Positions 51,704-64,000 of a stretch of DNA of 64,000 bases are shown one piece after another. The translations under genes and the position numbers were made by a program. The notes below the pieces were generated by a model. The model did not search any database. It saw only the letters and a program-made list of their open reading frames with translations, and was not told the origin of the DNA. Position 1 is the first letter of the stretch; each line of letters begins with the position of its first letter. This stretch comes from Bigelowiella natans CCMP2755 (lineage: Eukaryota; Protista; Cercozoa). The stretch is from NCBI GenBank assembly GCA_000320545.1, contig ADNK01001385.1, forward strand, positions 1 to 64,000. The letters are read 5' to 3'.

Positions 51704-53268
51704 ACATGTGTGTAGATGTCTGCAGGAACGGTTGAGTGGTAGAATTACTCATGAGGCTCTGCTGCATGACAAAACACACATGTGTGCATGTGTCTACGCT
51801 TGAGTTCATTTTTCATTATTGCATTTGTTGCATTGATGCTGTGCTGGCTTGCATGATGACCAATGTTCTAACCTGTGGAGTGAACTGCATGAATGGCCGT
51901 CCATGTTGATCGTTTGTTGCGCGAACATTTTCAACATATCCCATGCACGTACAAGATGCGATTGCGGCACACGTGTGCACAATGAGGCGGCTGTCCGGCC
52001 ACACATGTGCGCAAGAGGGATGTGATTGATCAATTTGGCATTTATTGTGTTCAGTGGTCATCTTCACATCTTCACATGTAGCTGACATGCAACGCAAAGC
52101 ATGCACTTGCGTATGTAATATTAACACAATGTATTGCTATGTCCACGTAATCTTCCGTCGATCCATCGCTGGAACGTGGGCTGTCCGCGCCACGGTATCG
52201 TACGCACGTACACGCAGATCTTTGCCATGCACAAAGAAAGAGATACATTGTTCAGACGCAAAGCAACCAGACCTCTGCAAGCTTGTCACAGCAAGCATTG
52301 AATGACGAGCAAAAATCATCGGTCATCATCATATATGACGTATACCTGCGCCCCTCAATGATGACACATTTGAAATGATGATATGCTGCGCGTCATTGCT
52401 CATGTTAATGCCTGTGTAGCTAGATCATCTGATCGATAGGACATCGGATCGCATGCAATACGATGTACATGGCGTACAATGGTTACCGTTTATCATCACA
52501 GCGTAGATTCACGCTACGTACATGCGCGAAACGCGAGACATTGTTGCATGCTAGCATGCTCATGCATGCAGCGCACAGCAGACCGAAACAACATGCATTT
52601 CATTTCCATAAAATACGTACATCACGACAAGCGGAGATCAACAGATTCAACACTAGAGCAGTATAAGCAGCTGCTGCATTGCACATAATATATCCGTCTT
52701 ACGTTGTCTATAATCTGTGCAGCGCTTCATATAGGTCATGCTAAACTCCGCACTGCTACATGCGACAACACAGCTGATTTATTTAGACAGCTGACTTATT
52801 TAGTTGTATGTACTAACCAAACTTTTTCATCACACGAGAAGAGAAATCATACGTAAAAAATTTATGCACATGCAGCACTTCTTATTTTAATATTATATTA
52901 CTTTCCATATTTATGTTCTTTGTAATTGTTTTTTATATTAACTCCTACTTACACCCAATGTTTGAAATTCTTTCACACCGATAGAAATTTTCGAACGATA
53001 TGTGAGACTCACGCCATCGAAGACAAACTCATATACCGACATTCATCCGTCATGATCCACCGTCGGAGTCAAGATATATTATCATATATTTGGATATTCT
53101 TTGGAGTAAATACTTCCTCATCTTAATCATTGGTATTCATAGCAACTCTTTGGTAGAATAGTCATAAGAAAATGCCCTCCCTCTCCAGCCACCAGCTATC
53201 ATGCACCCCAACAGGTGTGCACGTTACGGGGTTACAGAGAGTGCAGTGTGCTGCTACTGTTGCTAAAT

Positions 53269-55215
53269 TTACTTCTTCTTCGAATGTCTCTTGACGCGGT
53301 TGAAAGGTGTAACATTGTCATTCATCACGAAGTTGTACATGACGGCGCTCCAAGAATCGTGACCTGGTGATGATGATGGTTCAAGATACGCGGACAGTAA
53401 GGAGCTTGTTTGATGAGAAGAAAGGAGGGGGATGAAAGTGTTTTCGGTGAAAAAATACAGCAAAGCAGCACACTCTTACATGGGATATCATTGTAGAATT
53501 CCGGAGCAATTTTGCGCAACAATGGAAGTCTGCAAAAAAAGTTGCCATACTCGCGTCAGACAGTGATATTTTCAATCTTAACGAAACTATTCAGTCTTCA
53601 TTTCATAACCACCATCATCATCGCTATCCTTGCGTCATCCTTGTTTTTTTACCTGGACCAAGGAATGGCTGGGAAGTCATGGTGTTCGTTGTGGTAGCCG
53701 ACATTAAATGTAATCTTGTTCAGGGGACCATAGTATGAGTAAGTCTGCAAGAGGAGGGGGCACACATTTCGGTTAATAAATGAATCAGACAGTTAGTGGT
53801 AGTAGCTGCGAAGCGCAACTGCGAATCTCACTACGAAGAATACAATTATGTGAAGGAACGCATAGAGAAAGAGGCGAGGGTGGGGGTGAAGGTCTTTACC
53901 TCATTGTCATCTCGGAAAACCATGTGCTCCGCGAGAAAGTGCCCAGCACAAGGATGCAGCGAGGCTGTTGTTAGTTGAATGAGGTCATTGAAGGAAATGC
54001 TGCGTGTGGTCAACTCTGAACATTCGGGCCCTTAGGTCAGTAGTTTTCGGTCTCACTTCTATGCTAACCACTTTATTGATTTACAACTATGAGATTTAGT
54101 GCACAGTCTCATCATTATCATCATCATCATCATCTAGGTTTTTCCGCCGCAGCAGCAGGTTCTTACCGAGCATGACAGCCGTAAAGCAGAAGAGAGGAAC
54201 TTCATAGCCAAAGGTCTTGTACATAAAGAAGTTGGTCTGATAATGACGTATGACATTGAATAATATTAATAATTATTATTAATAATATAACGTTGCTGAT
54301 ACAGTTCGTGCTAACAATATATGCTCGCAGGCACACAGATACCCCCACACAAACACACACACACACATATAAATAATACATACTTAATTTATAATAACTT
54401 CAAACTTCTGGCGTAAGTGAAGCAATACTATCAGCACTACTTATTGTCCACATAACATATGTTTACACCATCATTGTAGGAGATCATCAGCTACAAGTTT
54501 GGAATTTCACATTATGGCTAAAAATTAGTCTTCCTGGTTCTCGCAAATAAAACATCCATCTTTCAATGCGTGATATTTCTTCTTCTAACGAGGCAATTAT
54601 TGTTTACCCCAAAGACGATGACATGGTTAATTAGGTGCCAGAAAGTAGGACTCTTTGGCCGCGTGAGCAGAGGGCGAAGCGTGTAAACAAACTGCAAGCA
54701 AATTCATCACCTCACCATTTATTTACAATCTCACAATGAAATCCCGTGACGCTTCGCTGCAGTGCTGTTGTGGAAATCGAAAGTATCACATCGCTGCACT
54801 ATGCTCCGAACAGGTATGCATCTTCAATGCCATGTCGCCGCAGCCTCGAAAACACAATGGTGATATTCTTCTTACCAGCATTGCAGCAAGGTATATGGTC
54901 TTCAGTATCTTCCCCTGAAAGAAGTTACCTTCCCATTCCTTTGCAGCATGTTTAACGATCATGTCAACAACAAACGGAAGAAAGAAACAAGGAGAAACTA
55001 AATTTGCGATACACTCGCCACAAAATTCCATTCATAAAATATCTTGCTTGTTTAGTTTAACCCTCAAATTATACTTAATCTATAGCAGTCACCGTTGGAA
55101 GATCAGTGTCGTATTGTTCATCGCCCTGCAATTTGTGGTGTTCGAAGTGATAGGCTGTGAAAAAAGGGGGAGAAAGGAGGGGGAAAGAATCGAACATTAA
55201 TATGCGGGAGAAACG

Positions 55216-55256
<41 letters not shown>

Positions 55257-56471
55257 CCTCTTATTTATTGTCCTAGTATCAGAAATTATGAATAATTCTG
55301 TAGCTATATTCTGTTGGTCATTCATATTTTATGTGAGGGAAACCTACCTTTGAAGTCGATAACGTAAGGGACGCAAATGGGGGTCTGAGGTGGTTTTGAA
55401 ACAAAAATCAAAGAAATAGAACATATCCTCTTGTGAGGCAAGAAAAAAACAAAGGCGCGAGAGAACGATGGAAGTAGCATAGGCGTCGAACATAGTCACT
55501 AAATCATCCTCATGCTAGTCTCTCCCCCCTTCCACAAACCTGTGTGAAGATGGCAAGTAGCTTGCTCAAGGTAAAGGAGCGGAAAGCAAGATTGTGCACG
55601 ATCTGAAGGGAGAACGTGGAAATGAGGAGGCTGCGGATAGAAAACTTTGGTTCCGATTGGTTGAAAAGAAATATTCAAAGACCATCAGCAAACCGCACTG
55701 CCTTCTACCTCATGCGTGGCGAGAAAGATGCTGTGGACCATAGTGCTTCCGATAAAGTAGCAAACGAGGAACCTGGTTATGAGTGAGCCGAACTTATTTG
55801 TCAACTCTATTTTGAAGTATGGATTACAGATTGTTGCTGTTCTCTACAATCATGAGTTACAGGCTCTTTTTCTCTTTCTCTCCCTCTCTCTCTCCCTACT
55901 CTCTGTTTATATATATGTATATGTATATATGTATATGTATATATGTATATATTACAAACATGAGACTTTTGTATTGCATAATGGTCATGATATGCTAGAC
56001 AACCAGGGAAGGGTTCCCACATAGCTCTTCATAGCTATCGCTGTCAGGTATTGGACAGCCACCATTCCGACGACAATGTACTTGGTCAGTGGTTCTACAC
56101 CGAACAGTTTTTTTACCTATCAAAAAAGATACATTTGTTGAGAATATGAGGAAGAAGAAGAAGAAGAAGAAGAAGAAGAAGAAGAAGAAGAAGAAGAAGA
56201 AGAAGAAATCATTTTGTTTCAAAGTCCAATGGCGTAGAAGTCAACCTCAGGATGCGCTTTTTGAATGGCGTTGCGTCGATCAACATGTGGTTCGCGGTCT
56301 TCCTTCCAGACGAAATTCTGATTGCAGGTACCAAAACTGAGCACACAGTCTTTCTCTACTCTCTCTCACATATGTATATTGTTCTTTCTTCTTCTGTATC
56401 CTTCATACAGTGAGTTTAGGTTTGGAATCATCAAAAGGCTGGGTTGCGGTCAGGGTCACGGTCGCCGTCAT
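53269..56471 (-). CDS. DES1: Sphingolipid delta(4)-desaturase (DES1/DEGS family), multi-exon
   Basis: [32 protein letters not shown]|[77 protein letters not shown]. Confidence 0.93.
56151..56207. repeat. (GAA)n microsatellite, one of many intronic (AG)n, (AC)n, (AT)n, (CAT)n, (CAG)n and (CTA)n tracts in the window
   Basis: Direct reading. Other examples: (AG)n 553-590, (AT)n 13177-13218, (TG)n 29137-29178, (CT)n 63752-63806. Confidence 0.95.
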
Positions 56472-56971
56472 CTTGGGGTGTTGATCGCAGAGTGAACTCG
56501 TGATGAAGTTGTACGCCGCACAGCTAAGATCTGAAAAGCAGATTTCTACATTCTATTTGCGTTCACAATCCCAAAATATTGCGCCGTATGGTAAAATAGT
56601 TTGTCGCTTAGTAGAATCACATGGTATTTCGGCATCCATTGTATTTTCTGATCCCTCGGCAGAACTGAATAGTGGAAAGACAAACTGAAAATATCCATCC
56701 GTTTTATTTTTTGTGGATGATGTTGGCTCGCATTTTTTGAGGGGAAAATACCATAAAAACCTTCCGAGCAAGCCTGATCGGTTTTGTCTCGTAGCTATCT
56801 TTATTATTGTCAATGGTACAAATTAAACTCATACATTTTACGTCTATTTTACACCTGCGACAATACGTAGAAAGTTTATTCGTAATTTAACGATTTAGAA
56901 GGATAAATCTATATTGCGACAACCATTTCTTTCATAGCTGGCACAAGTTTCCTTTCTCTCCTTCTTGACCC

Positions 56972-58242
56972 ATGGAGGTTGATGCGTGCTGTCCTTCCTT
57001 TCGTTTTTATTGCGGAGTAGAGAAGGATTTGTAGCAAAAGGGGTTAAGATAGAATTTATATAGTCTTATAATATCGTCTCGATGGACTGTGTTGGGTTTT
57101 GAGCTGAGTTAATCGTTGACTCGCGTTTTTTCTTCCGATGGTGTTAGAATTCATATTTCAAAAGTCTGACCGGTATTTCGCGTTAGGTGTACTGGGAACC
57201 TCAAAAGGCAGCATTCTGCGGTGTCCATGCGGTGAATAATCTGATTCAGGGCCCGCTATACTCGGAATGGGACTTCAGTCAGGTTGCTCTGGCTCTCACA
57301 GAGGAAGAACGAAAGCTGATGGCTGCACAAGGGACCGACTCCAAAGACTACTTGGTGAATATGATTCAGCCCAACATATCTCCTTGATATACGTATATTC
57401 AGAGGGAAGCTAAAAGTAAGATATTTCGTCGTGTGTACATTAAGGTGTTCATGGCCAAGGATAGCACGCATGTAGATGAATCTGGAAACTTCTCGATTGA
57501 AGTCATCAAGAAGGTAGTACGGATTTCCAGGCAAATGAAAGCAATAACGTATATTATGATTTTGTTCCATGAGATGAAATTTCTCACAAATATCTTTCCT
57601 CATATTGTGTAATTGTATGCAATGTGTCCTCAACAGGCAATCACAAACATGAACCTTGAAATCACTAGTCTCAACCACCCGAAGATGAAGAAGGCCAAGC
57701 AGGTGCTTCGTTAAGCTGCTACCTTTTTCAGCTGATATGTGCTGTTCTTTTCGTCATCCTCATCTTGAACGTTCTATGTTTGTTCTTTAACAGGAACCAC
57801 ATAAGGAAATAGCGTTCATATGCAACCACGCCAGGTAAAGGATTTAACCTTGTCATTGTAATTACGATTCATTCCCCTTTCCTCGTATTCTCCGCAGTAG
57901 AGTTTAAAAGCTTGGTTTAATTCCTTGCCGTTGACATCGTTATGACCGCCGGCATTTCTTTTCCTTTTTTCTTCTTCGTCGTCGTCCTCCTCTTCTTCCC
58001 CCCTATTCATATCCTCTATATTAGTCACTGGCTCACGATTAGGAAAATAGCCGGTGTCTGGTACAATCTCAACAGCCTCTTAAACAACGGCCCCCATACT
58101 ATAGGCGAGACGTACCTTGGTGCCTTTTTGCAACAGGTTGCAGCTCCGAAGCCATCAAATATTGTTTCACACATCATCGTTCGTCTAATATCACGATCCG
58201 ATTTTCGTTTTTGCTTTCATTTCGAATGTGTTTTACACCTTT

Positions 58243-58274
<32 letters not shown>

Positions 58275-59165
58275 CGTCCTCATCACCAATATCATCATCA
58301 CTCAGCTAGCTCTAGATAAGTACTCGATCTTCGTTATTCGCGGAAGGCTCCCAGATCCGCTTCAGGTAATGTAGTAGTCTATGAAATTCTCGAGATTAGA
58401 TTCCGAAATGAAACGGGGAAACATCCAAATAAATCCCCATGATCTTAATCGTAGCCGCGCCACAGAATGGCAGCATACGCGTCGAAAGACACTCCTGGCC
58501 ATCATTAATCCGTTGTTATGTGTTTATCGCATGGTAGGAAAAGGGAAATGGCATGCGGATCGCTGTGTCGAAGATCTCCACTAAGGGGACAAAGGGAATC
58601 GAGTAAGAATGATGAGCCACATGGCGATATTTAAGCGATTGTTTAAGTAACACTAGCCATTGAGAATGTAGGAAAATGGAAGAAGTCTAGATTAGAGGCT
58701 ATCAAGAAGACATACAATTTGATAGTGAAAACTAAATAAGCAAGCATTTCTTTTAGGAAGCGCAATATTGCGATGGAAGTGACGAATGAAATTGTTAAGC
58801 TCTTTCTTCATTGTTCTAATCCCCTCACCGTCCTTTCCTCCCCTCTTCGCTTTTGCAGCATGGGATTTAAGGGGGAAGGGAAAGGCAAGGGGAACGGTGG
58901 TGGAACGGGTGCGGCCAAGTCAGATCTCGAAAGAGCCCTGGCACTCAGTAGACAGGACCAAGGTACTGAGGAGTAGTCATCATCATCATCTATCCATAAA
59001 ATACCCATAGTGACGATAATTTTCCCTGCCATCCGTAGGGTCTTAAGTTAACTTTGACTGTCGTCTCCTCACTGTTATGTACTCAGGATCGCATGTTTCA
59101 GAGGACGATATGTTGAAACGGGTCCCATTATCATCCTAACCATCATTATCATCCTCATCATCATT

Positions 59166-59197
<32 letters not shown>

Positions 59198-59438
59198 TTT
59201 CGCCGACTCCATTAGAATAATAGAATAATAGAACGTAGTTCATAAAGTTGTTTCTTGAAGATTTCTGGTGACATTTCGTGTTCGTTCATCAATCATCATG
59301 AGCTTATTTGATCCCCAGGCGCTGGAAATGAGTATGGCGACGACACAATCCAGCAGCAGTTCCTCAGCAACATCCGCTCCTATATCTGAAGAAGAACAAC
59401 TCCGTTTAGCAATGCAGCTATCTATGCAGGATAATTAA
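56972..59438 (+). CDS. ATXN3: Ataxin-3 / Josephin-domain deubiquitinase with three UIMs
   Basis: YWEPQKAAFCGVHAVNNLIQG (catalytic Cys), VDESGNFSIEVI, HWLTIRKIAGVWYNLNSL (His/Asn). UIMs SDLERALALS, EDDMLKR|ALEMS and EEEQLRLAMQLS. Confidence 0.92.
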
Positions 59439-60620
59439 TAGATGCTGCTCTGCTGACAGAGAGACGGTAGTGGTCATGGGTCGCGTGAAATAGGTCCAGA
59501 CATCACATTGTAACATGCTCGTCGACATTTCAATGTAAATAGTTTGTTCTGTACAGTGGAAATCGAAAATTTTATCGTGTGATGGTGCGATGCCTACGTT
59601 CGCGCGTGTGTAATATATGCAGTGGTACATAAACGCTAAATGTGAAAGGTGTGAAAGGTGCCATGTAAAAAGGGCATTCATTATCACTCATTAATCACTA
59701 CGACAATCAGCTGCTTCATTTAGTCATGTCATGCTAGCATGCATACACGACACAAGGCGCGCCTGGCGGTGCGCACATCAAAGTCGCTGGACTTGAGTCA
59801 GCGCTGGATCGGAAGCCGATTTGTCGTGTCGTACGTGATATGTCGATCAAAACAAAATTGTTCATTCTTTCGTGTCGTCGACAATCTCGTTTTCGACAAG
59901 GCATGACTGTATTTGATTTCATGATCATCAGTAACCTGGCCTGATGATTCTGCAGTGCATCCCGAAAACATTACTTCATCTCCGCACTGTTCCCATCTCT
60001 TCACACAATTGCTTCAACGTCAACGTCCGCGGCTTCAGCTTCAATCATCATCATGCTGCGCGGGCGACCTTGTTTCTAGACATCTTTCACGGTCCATGAA
60101 ACAGTAGGAAACATTGCTTGCTACAACAAATGAACAACTTAATGCAATGTTTCCAGTTGTGCATCCGAAAGTATCATCAGAAGTACTCAGTTCCACCTCC
60201 TCCCCAAGCAGCGAGCGCAAGAACCGGAAGTCAATTCCGAAGAAGGACAGATGGATGTCGCAAGCTAAAAAACACCTGTTATTTTTATCCTTTTTCTCTT
60301 ACATTTTGTTGTCGTATGGGGGAAATTCGCAAGGGTTGTCGTGAGAGCACAGCAACACAGACGCGGACGACGCTAAAAGGAGTCCGTGTTTCAATGTGCC
60401 GTCCTTGAGAAAGCTTTCGTGCGGAAGTATCCACCTAAATTAAACCGTTGTGAAGCCTTTTATCTATTACTCAAATACTTGACTTGGGAGAGAAGAAGAG
60501 CGGGTGGAGAAGATTGCTTGCAATGAGAAACGTTATCTCAACAGTGATGATTCAGTTGAGGCGTGTCAAACTTGGCTCAATACGGTATTTAACTATCTGT
60601 GCAATAAATGTTTCATACAT

Positions 60621-60822
60621 ATGTCCACGCAGATTCGAGTTGTGTTGCTGTCCAGCATCATCGAAACAGATATATTTCGCAGAATTCTCGCCGCCGCTGC
60701 ATTATTCCTGGGCTTTTTCCTTTTCTGGGATTATTCGAAGTTCTTCGCATCATGTCCAATCGAGGTCACATCAAATTTAGCCCTAATCTTGTACAACATG
60801 TAGATACACGAGGACAATAACT

Positions 60823-60867
<45 letters not shown>

Positions 60868-62127
60868 TAAAAACCTTATTTTGTTAGGTGAGAGCACTGA
60901 AATTCCACGGTGGCGACCCCGCAACAAATGATGGCAGCTGCACGTGCGGAACGGACGGTTTGTCTAGTTGTTGAAATGTCATTTGTGGTGAAGGTGCTTC
61001 ACCTCGAGATATATGAACACACAAAATGGTGCCATCAGGTTATTGCATGTGCACACCCAGCTTGGCAATCGATGCAATCATAGAGGTGATAATGGAGTTT
61101 TTACAACGCAATGAGGACGATGTAAAATCTTTTCTCCCGTTACTGATTTACTTGAAGGTTGAGTTTGGAGGCGGTGAAGAATCTTGGTTGATGCTTGTTC
61201 GCCGCAGGTAATACATCTGATTGTTCCTTCCTCCATCCATATTTTTCGATGATTATCACTGAAGCCCCTGCTCCTTATGCGGAATGACCAGTGAGATGGC
61301 ACGACTACGACAACGTTACAACAACAACAACGATTTCAGTACACGGAGACCATGACGAAGGGCCGAGACGCAGAGTTCCTTTATTTATAAGTAATTTTAA
61401 TTACATCTCAGAGATCCACCCGCTGATGTGAATGCGATCGTCGGAGGATTTGTTGAGGTTCGTTGATTTCATAAATTCGCCAACAATGGGATGATGGCAT
61501 TTGTAGCCGAACTACCAAGCATCTAAATTCGCTGCTCATTATCTGTAATTTTTCGCGTCAGTGTTTGGATATGCGCAAATGTACATGTATTATTCTTCTA
61601 TACCGAACGTCATTCCGAGAGAGAAGGGAGGGTTGTAAAACAATCACAAGGATCATTCTGTGAGCGATCATTCAATGAATAAGGGCCACGCTCAATTCAT
61701 GGTATGTGCCCAGGTTTTTGAGTCTGTTGAGACAGCTGTCGCGCGCGAAGTTAAAGAGGAAACTAATCTTGTCCTCGATACGGTCGGATTCGAGCACTCA
61801 TGGGAAAATGCGTCTGTTCTGCTGTTCGGCCCTTCTTGACTTATTCATATTTTCCTTGTCGCAGGAGAAAGATTGCAAGCTGTTTGGAGTGTACAGTGAT
61901 CCGAAACGCGATAAGCGCAGGTTTCTTATAAACTCACGCCGCTTTATGAAGGATGGCCTATAGTTGATGACCTTTGGAAGCGATAGTTGTCGTCACCTTT
62001 CTCTCGCGGAATTTGTTCAATATTGTGATTCCTCGTTTGAATGGGGCTTTGAGAATACGCATCGAAAGTTTAAAATAACCCCAGATGCTTGTTTGCGCGT
62101 CTTCTCCCTTTTTCTGTCTCTTTTCGG

Positions 62128-62167
<40 letters not shown>

Positions 62168-62688
62168 GTGTGTAAGAGATAGAGAGGTGAACGAGGGGGG
62201 AGTGGAAGGTCATCGTATGCATCGAAGTTACTTGTGGTTGGATAATCAGGCACACAGTGAGTATTGTCTACCGTTGTTCCGTCAATAAAGCAAGAACTGA
62301 GAATGTGAAAGGGTCTGCCATCCTAAAAATATATCAGATACTTACCACATGATACAGATGCAAGCTGATATGCTTACTCACCTCCCCCCTCCCCCCCCCC
62401 TCCCATTCTCTCTATGTGTTCGCGCGCGCGCGTGTGTGTGTGTGTGTGTGTGTGTGTCTATGTTTTGTGCCATAAATAGGAAGGATGATGCGAGGGCAGT
62501 CGAATTTTATCCTCTTTCCCAGTGGAAGTCGCTGAAATTTGGTACTGCGACGTTCCCCCCCAACGCCAACGAACTATACACTCCTTGTGACTGATTTTAT
62601 ACTAAATTTCTCTTGTCTGTTGAAAGGATTTGATCATCGCAAAATTTTCCAAGATTACATGGGAAAATATCATCCAACCTTGCAGTGA
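60621..62688 (+). CDS. Nudix hydrolase (ADP-ribose pyrophosphatase-like) with N-terminal TM helix and Cys-rich segment
   Basis: TPSLAIDAIIE, GGFVE|VFESVETAVAREVKEETNL Nudix box, LFGVYSDPKRDKRR|HTVSIVY, DDARAV, FDHRKI. Confidence 0.88.
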
Positions 62689-63748
62689 CGACCACACATT
62701 CTCCCATTTACACACACGCACACGCGCGCATGTGCGTGATGTGCACACATGTCAATTCTTTCACAGCAGCGCACGTGAAAAATGTCACATTTTGAACATT
62801 TTAAGCATCAGTCTGCGTTTTGCGGCACAACGTATGGCAGCGTGCCCCGAATGTGTAGTGCACGCTTGTACGCATGCTGTGCTCTGCTTCAGTGCGATCA
62901 CCTGTCAAACATGTGAATGCGCATGTGCGCACTTGATTGTCCGAGCGATGTGCGATCACCACGAGTGTGCAAATGGGATCTATCACAATTGGGTTCAAAC
63001 ATAACCCTGTCGATCCGTGTTACCAATCACTACACACATGCCTGGATCTAGTGGACGGCGAACATGCAATCAGATTTTGTGATTTCATGCAGTCGTTCAA
63101 CAGATCAGTGAACAACAACGAATGAAGTGTTTCCAATGATGCAGCTGAAAGGATCATCAGAAGTGCCAATGTCAACTCATCCATTCCACCCCCATGTGCA
63201 ACAAGACCATCAAGAAAAATGGAGGCTTCGTTTCGCATCTGCCGGCCATGCTAGCATGGCACTTGCTAGCTTGGACCAACCGCAAACAGGTCGAGTTTGA
63301 GTCGAAGGGAAAACCCACCGATAATGCCCTGCGACATGAATACCGGCTTGCTTTTCGCGAGGAAATACAGACGATTTTTCTCGATTTCAGATGAAGAACA
63401 AAAATTCTCGATGTTTCATCATGTGCGACAATGCAAAACATCACGTTATTCTGATGAGATGGGAGCTGGGCACAATCCCGACGGGCGAAGGGAAGCTTCT
63501 GGAAGGTGAAAGTGGTAAGCTCCTAGCGACCCGCCACCCTGGTGTCCGAGAATCTCGCCACACCGAGTTTCAACTACCCCATTTTTTCAATCTTACATCA
63601 TCATTTTTTTGGGGTAACTTTTCTTCAGGGAGGGAGTCGGAGCTGGAGAAGAATCATGGAGGACAAAAAGGAGACCGTTGAGCCCACGAGAAAGTTTGCA
63701 ATTTTAGTTCGAAATTTTACCAAACCTTCTGGTTTGTTCTTTCTCTGA

Positions 63749-63807
<59 letters not shown>

Positions 63808-64000
63808 ATGGACGAGCAAGTTACCAGAATACGAGAAGGGGGTCGAGCGACTTAGTCGTGTGCGCTATTTTTTATCCCTTTTCTAGTTACAGAAGGGAGG
63901 GGAAGCTCGGAGAAGGAACCTCTGGTGTCGTCTTCAAGGCCAGAGTCTTAGATTCGTCACGTCTTAAGAAGGTACGTTGCAGCACACCTTCCTCACAGAA
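63808..64000 (+). CDS. 5' part of a protein kinase gene (CDK-like), runs off the window
   Basis: Exon at ~63888-63971 reads YRREGKLGEGTSGVVFKAR, a Gly-rich loop. Start codon uncertain. Confidence 0.7.

Noticed and set aside
1-64000. tRNA, rRNA or other structured RNA genes
   Set aside because: None recognised by eye. A tRNAscan-SE/Infernal run would be needed to exclude them.

Overview
Intron-rich nuclear DNA from a unicellular eukaryote. The bipartite signal + transit leader on DusA suggests an alga with a secondary plastid, such as a chlorarachniophyte, but the species cannot be fixed from sequence alone. About 17 protein genes or gene parts can be read by joining exons by eye: a partial MGC-acylated protein, KIN17, a CAMK/SNF1-type kinase, GET4, a DUF1996 membrane protein, DusA, an 18-exon ankyrin-repeat gene, a probable gustatory-receptor-like/DUF3537 7TM channel, a Rid/YjgF protein, a WD40 protein, MLH3, EB1, an Rdx-like protein, DUF3303, sphingolipid delta-4 desaturase, ataxin-3, a Nudix hydrolase, and the start of a CDK-like kinase. 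Two things stand out. (1) Intergenic and transposon-derived DNA is almost stripped of the dinucleotide TpA: I count 2 TA in about 2 kb at 28580-30590 and 0 in 34330-34830. Paralogous ankyrin units polarise the change as TA->TG/CA on both strands, and CTAG is spared. This looks like a regional A:T->G:C hypermutation process, the mirror image of fungal RIP. (2) A tandem array of 17 ankyrin exon+intron cassettes (about 179 bp, one 33-aa repeat per 99-nt phase-1 exon) has an invariant framework, hypervariable binding-surface codons and recombinant mosaicism, like a natural DARPin library. Exon boundaries and counts are manual, and no database search was run.
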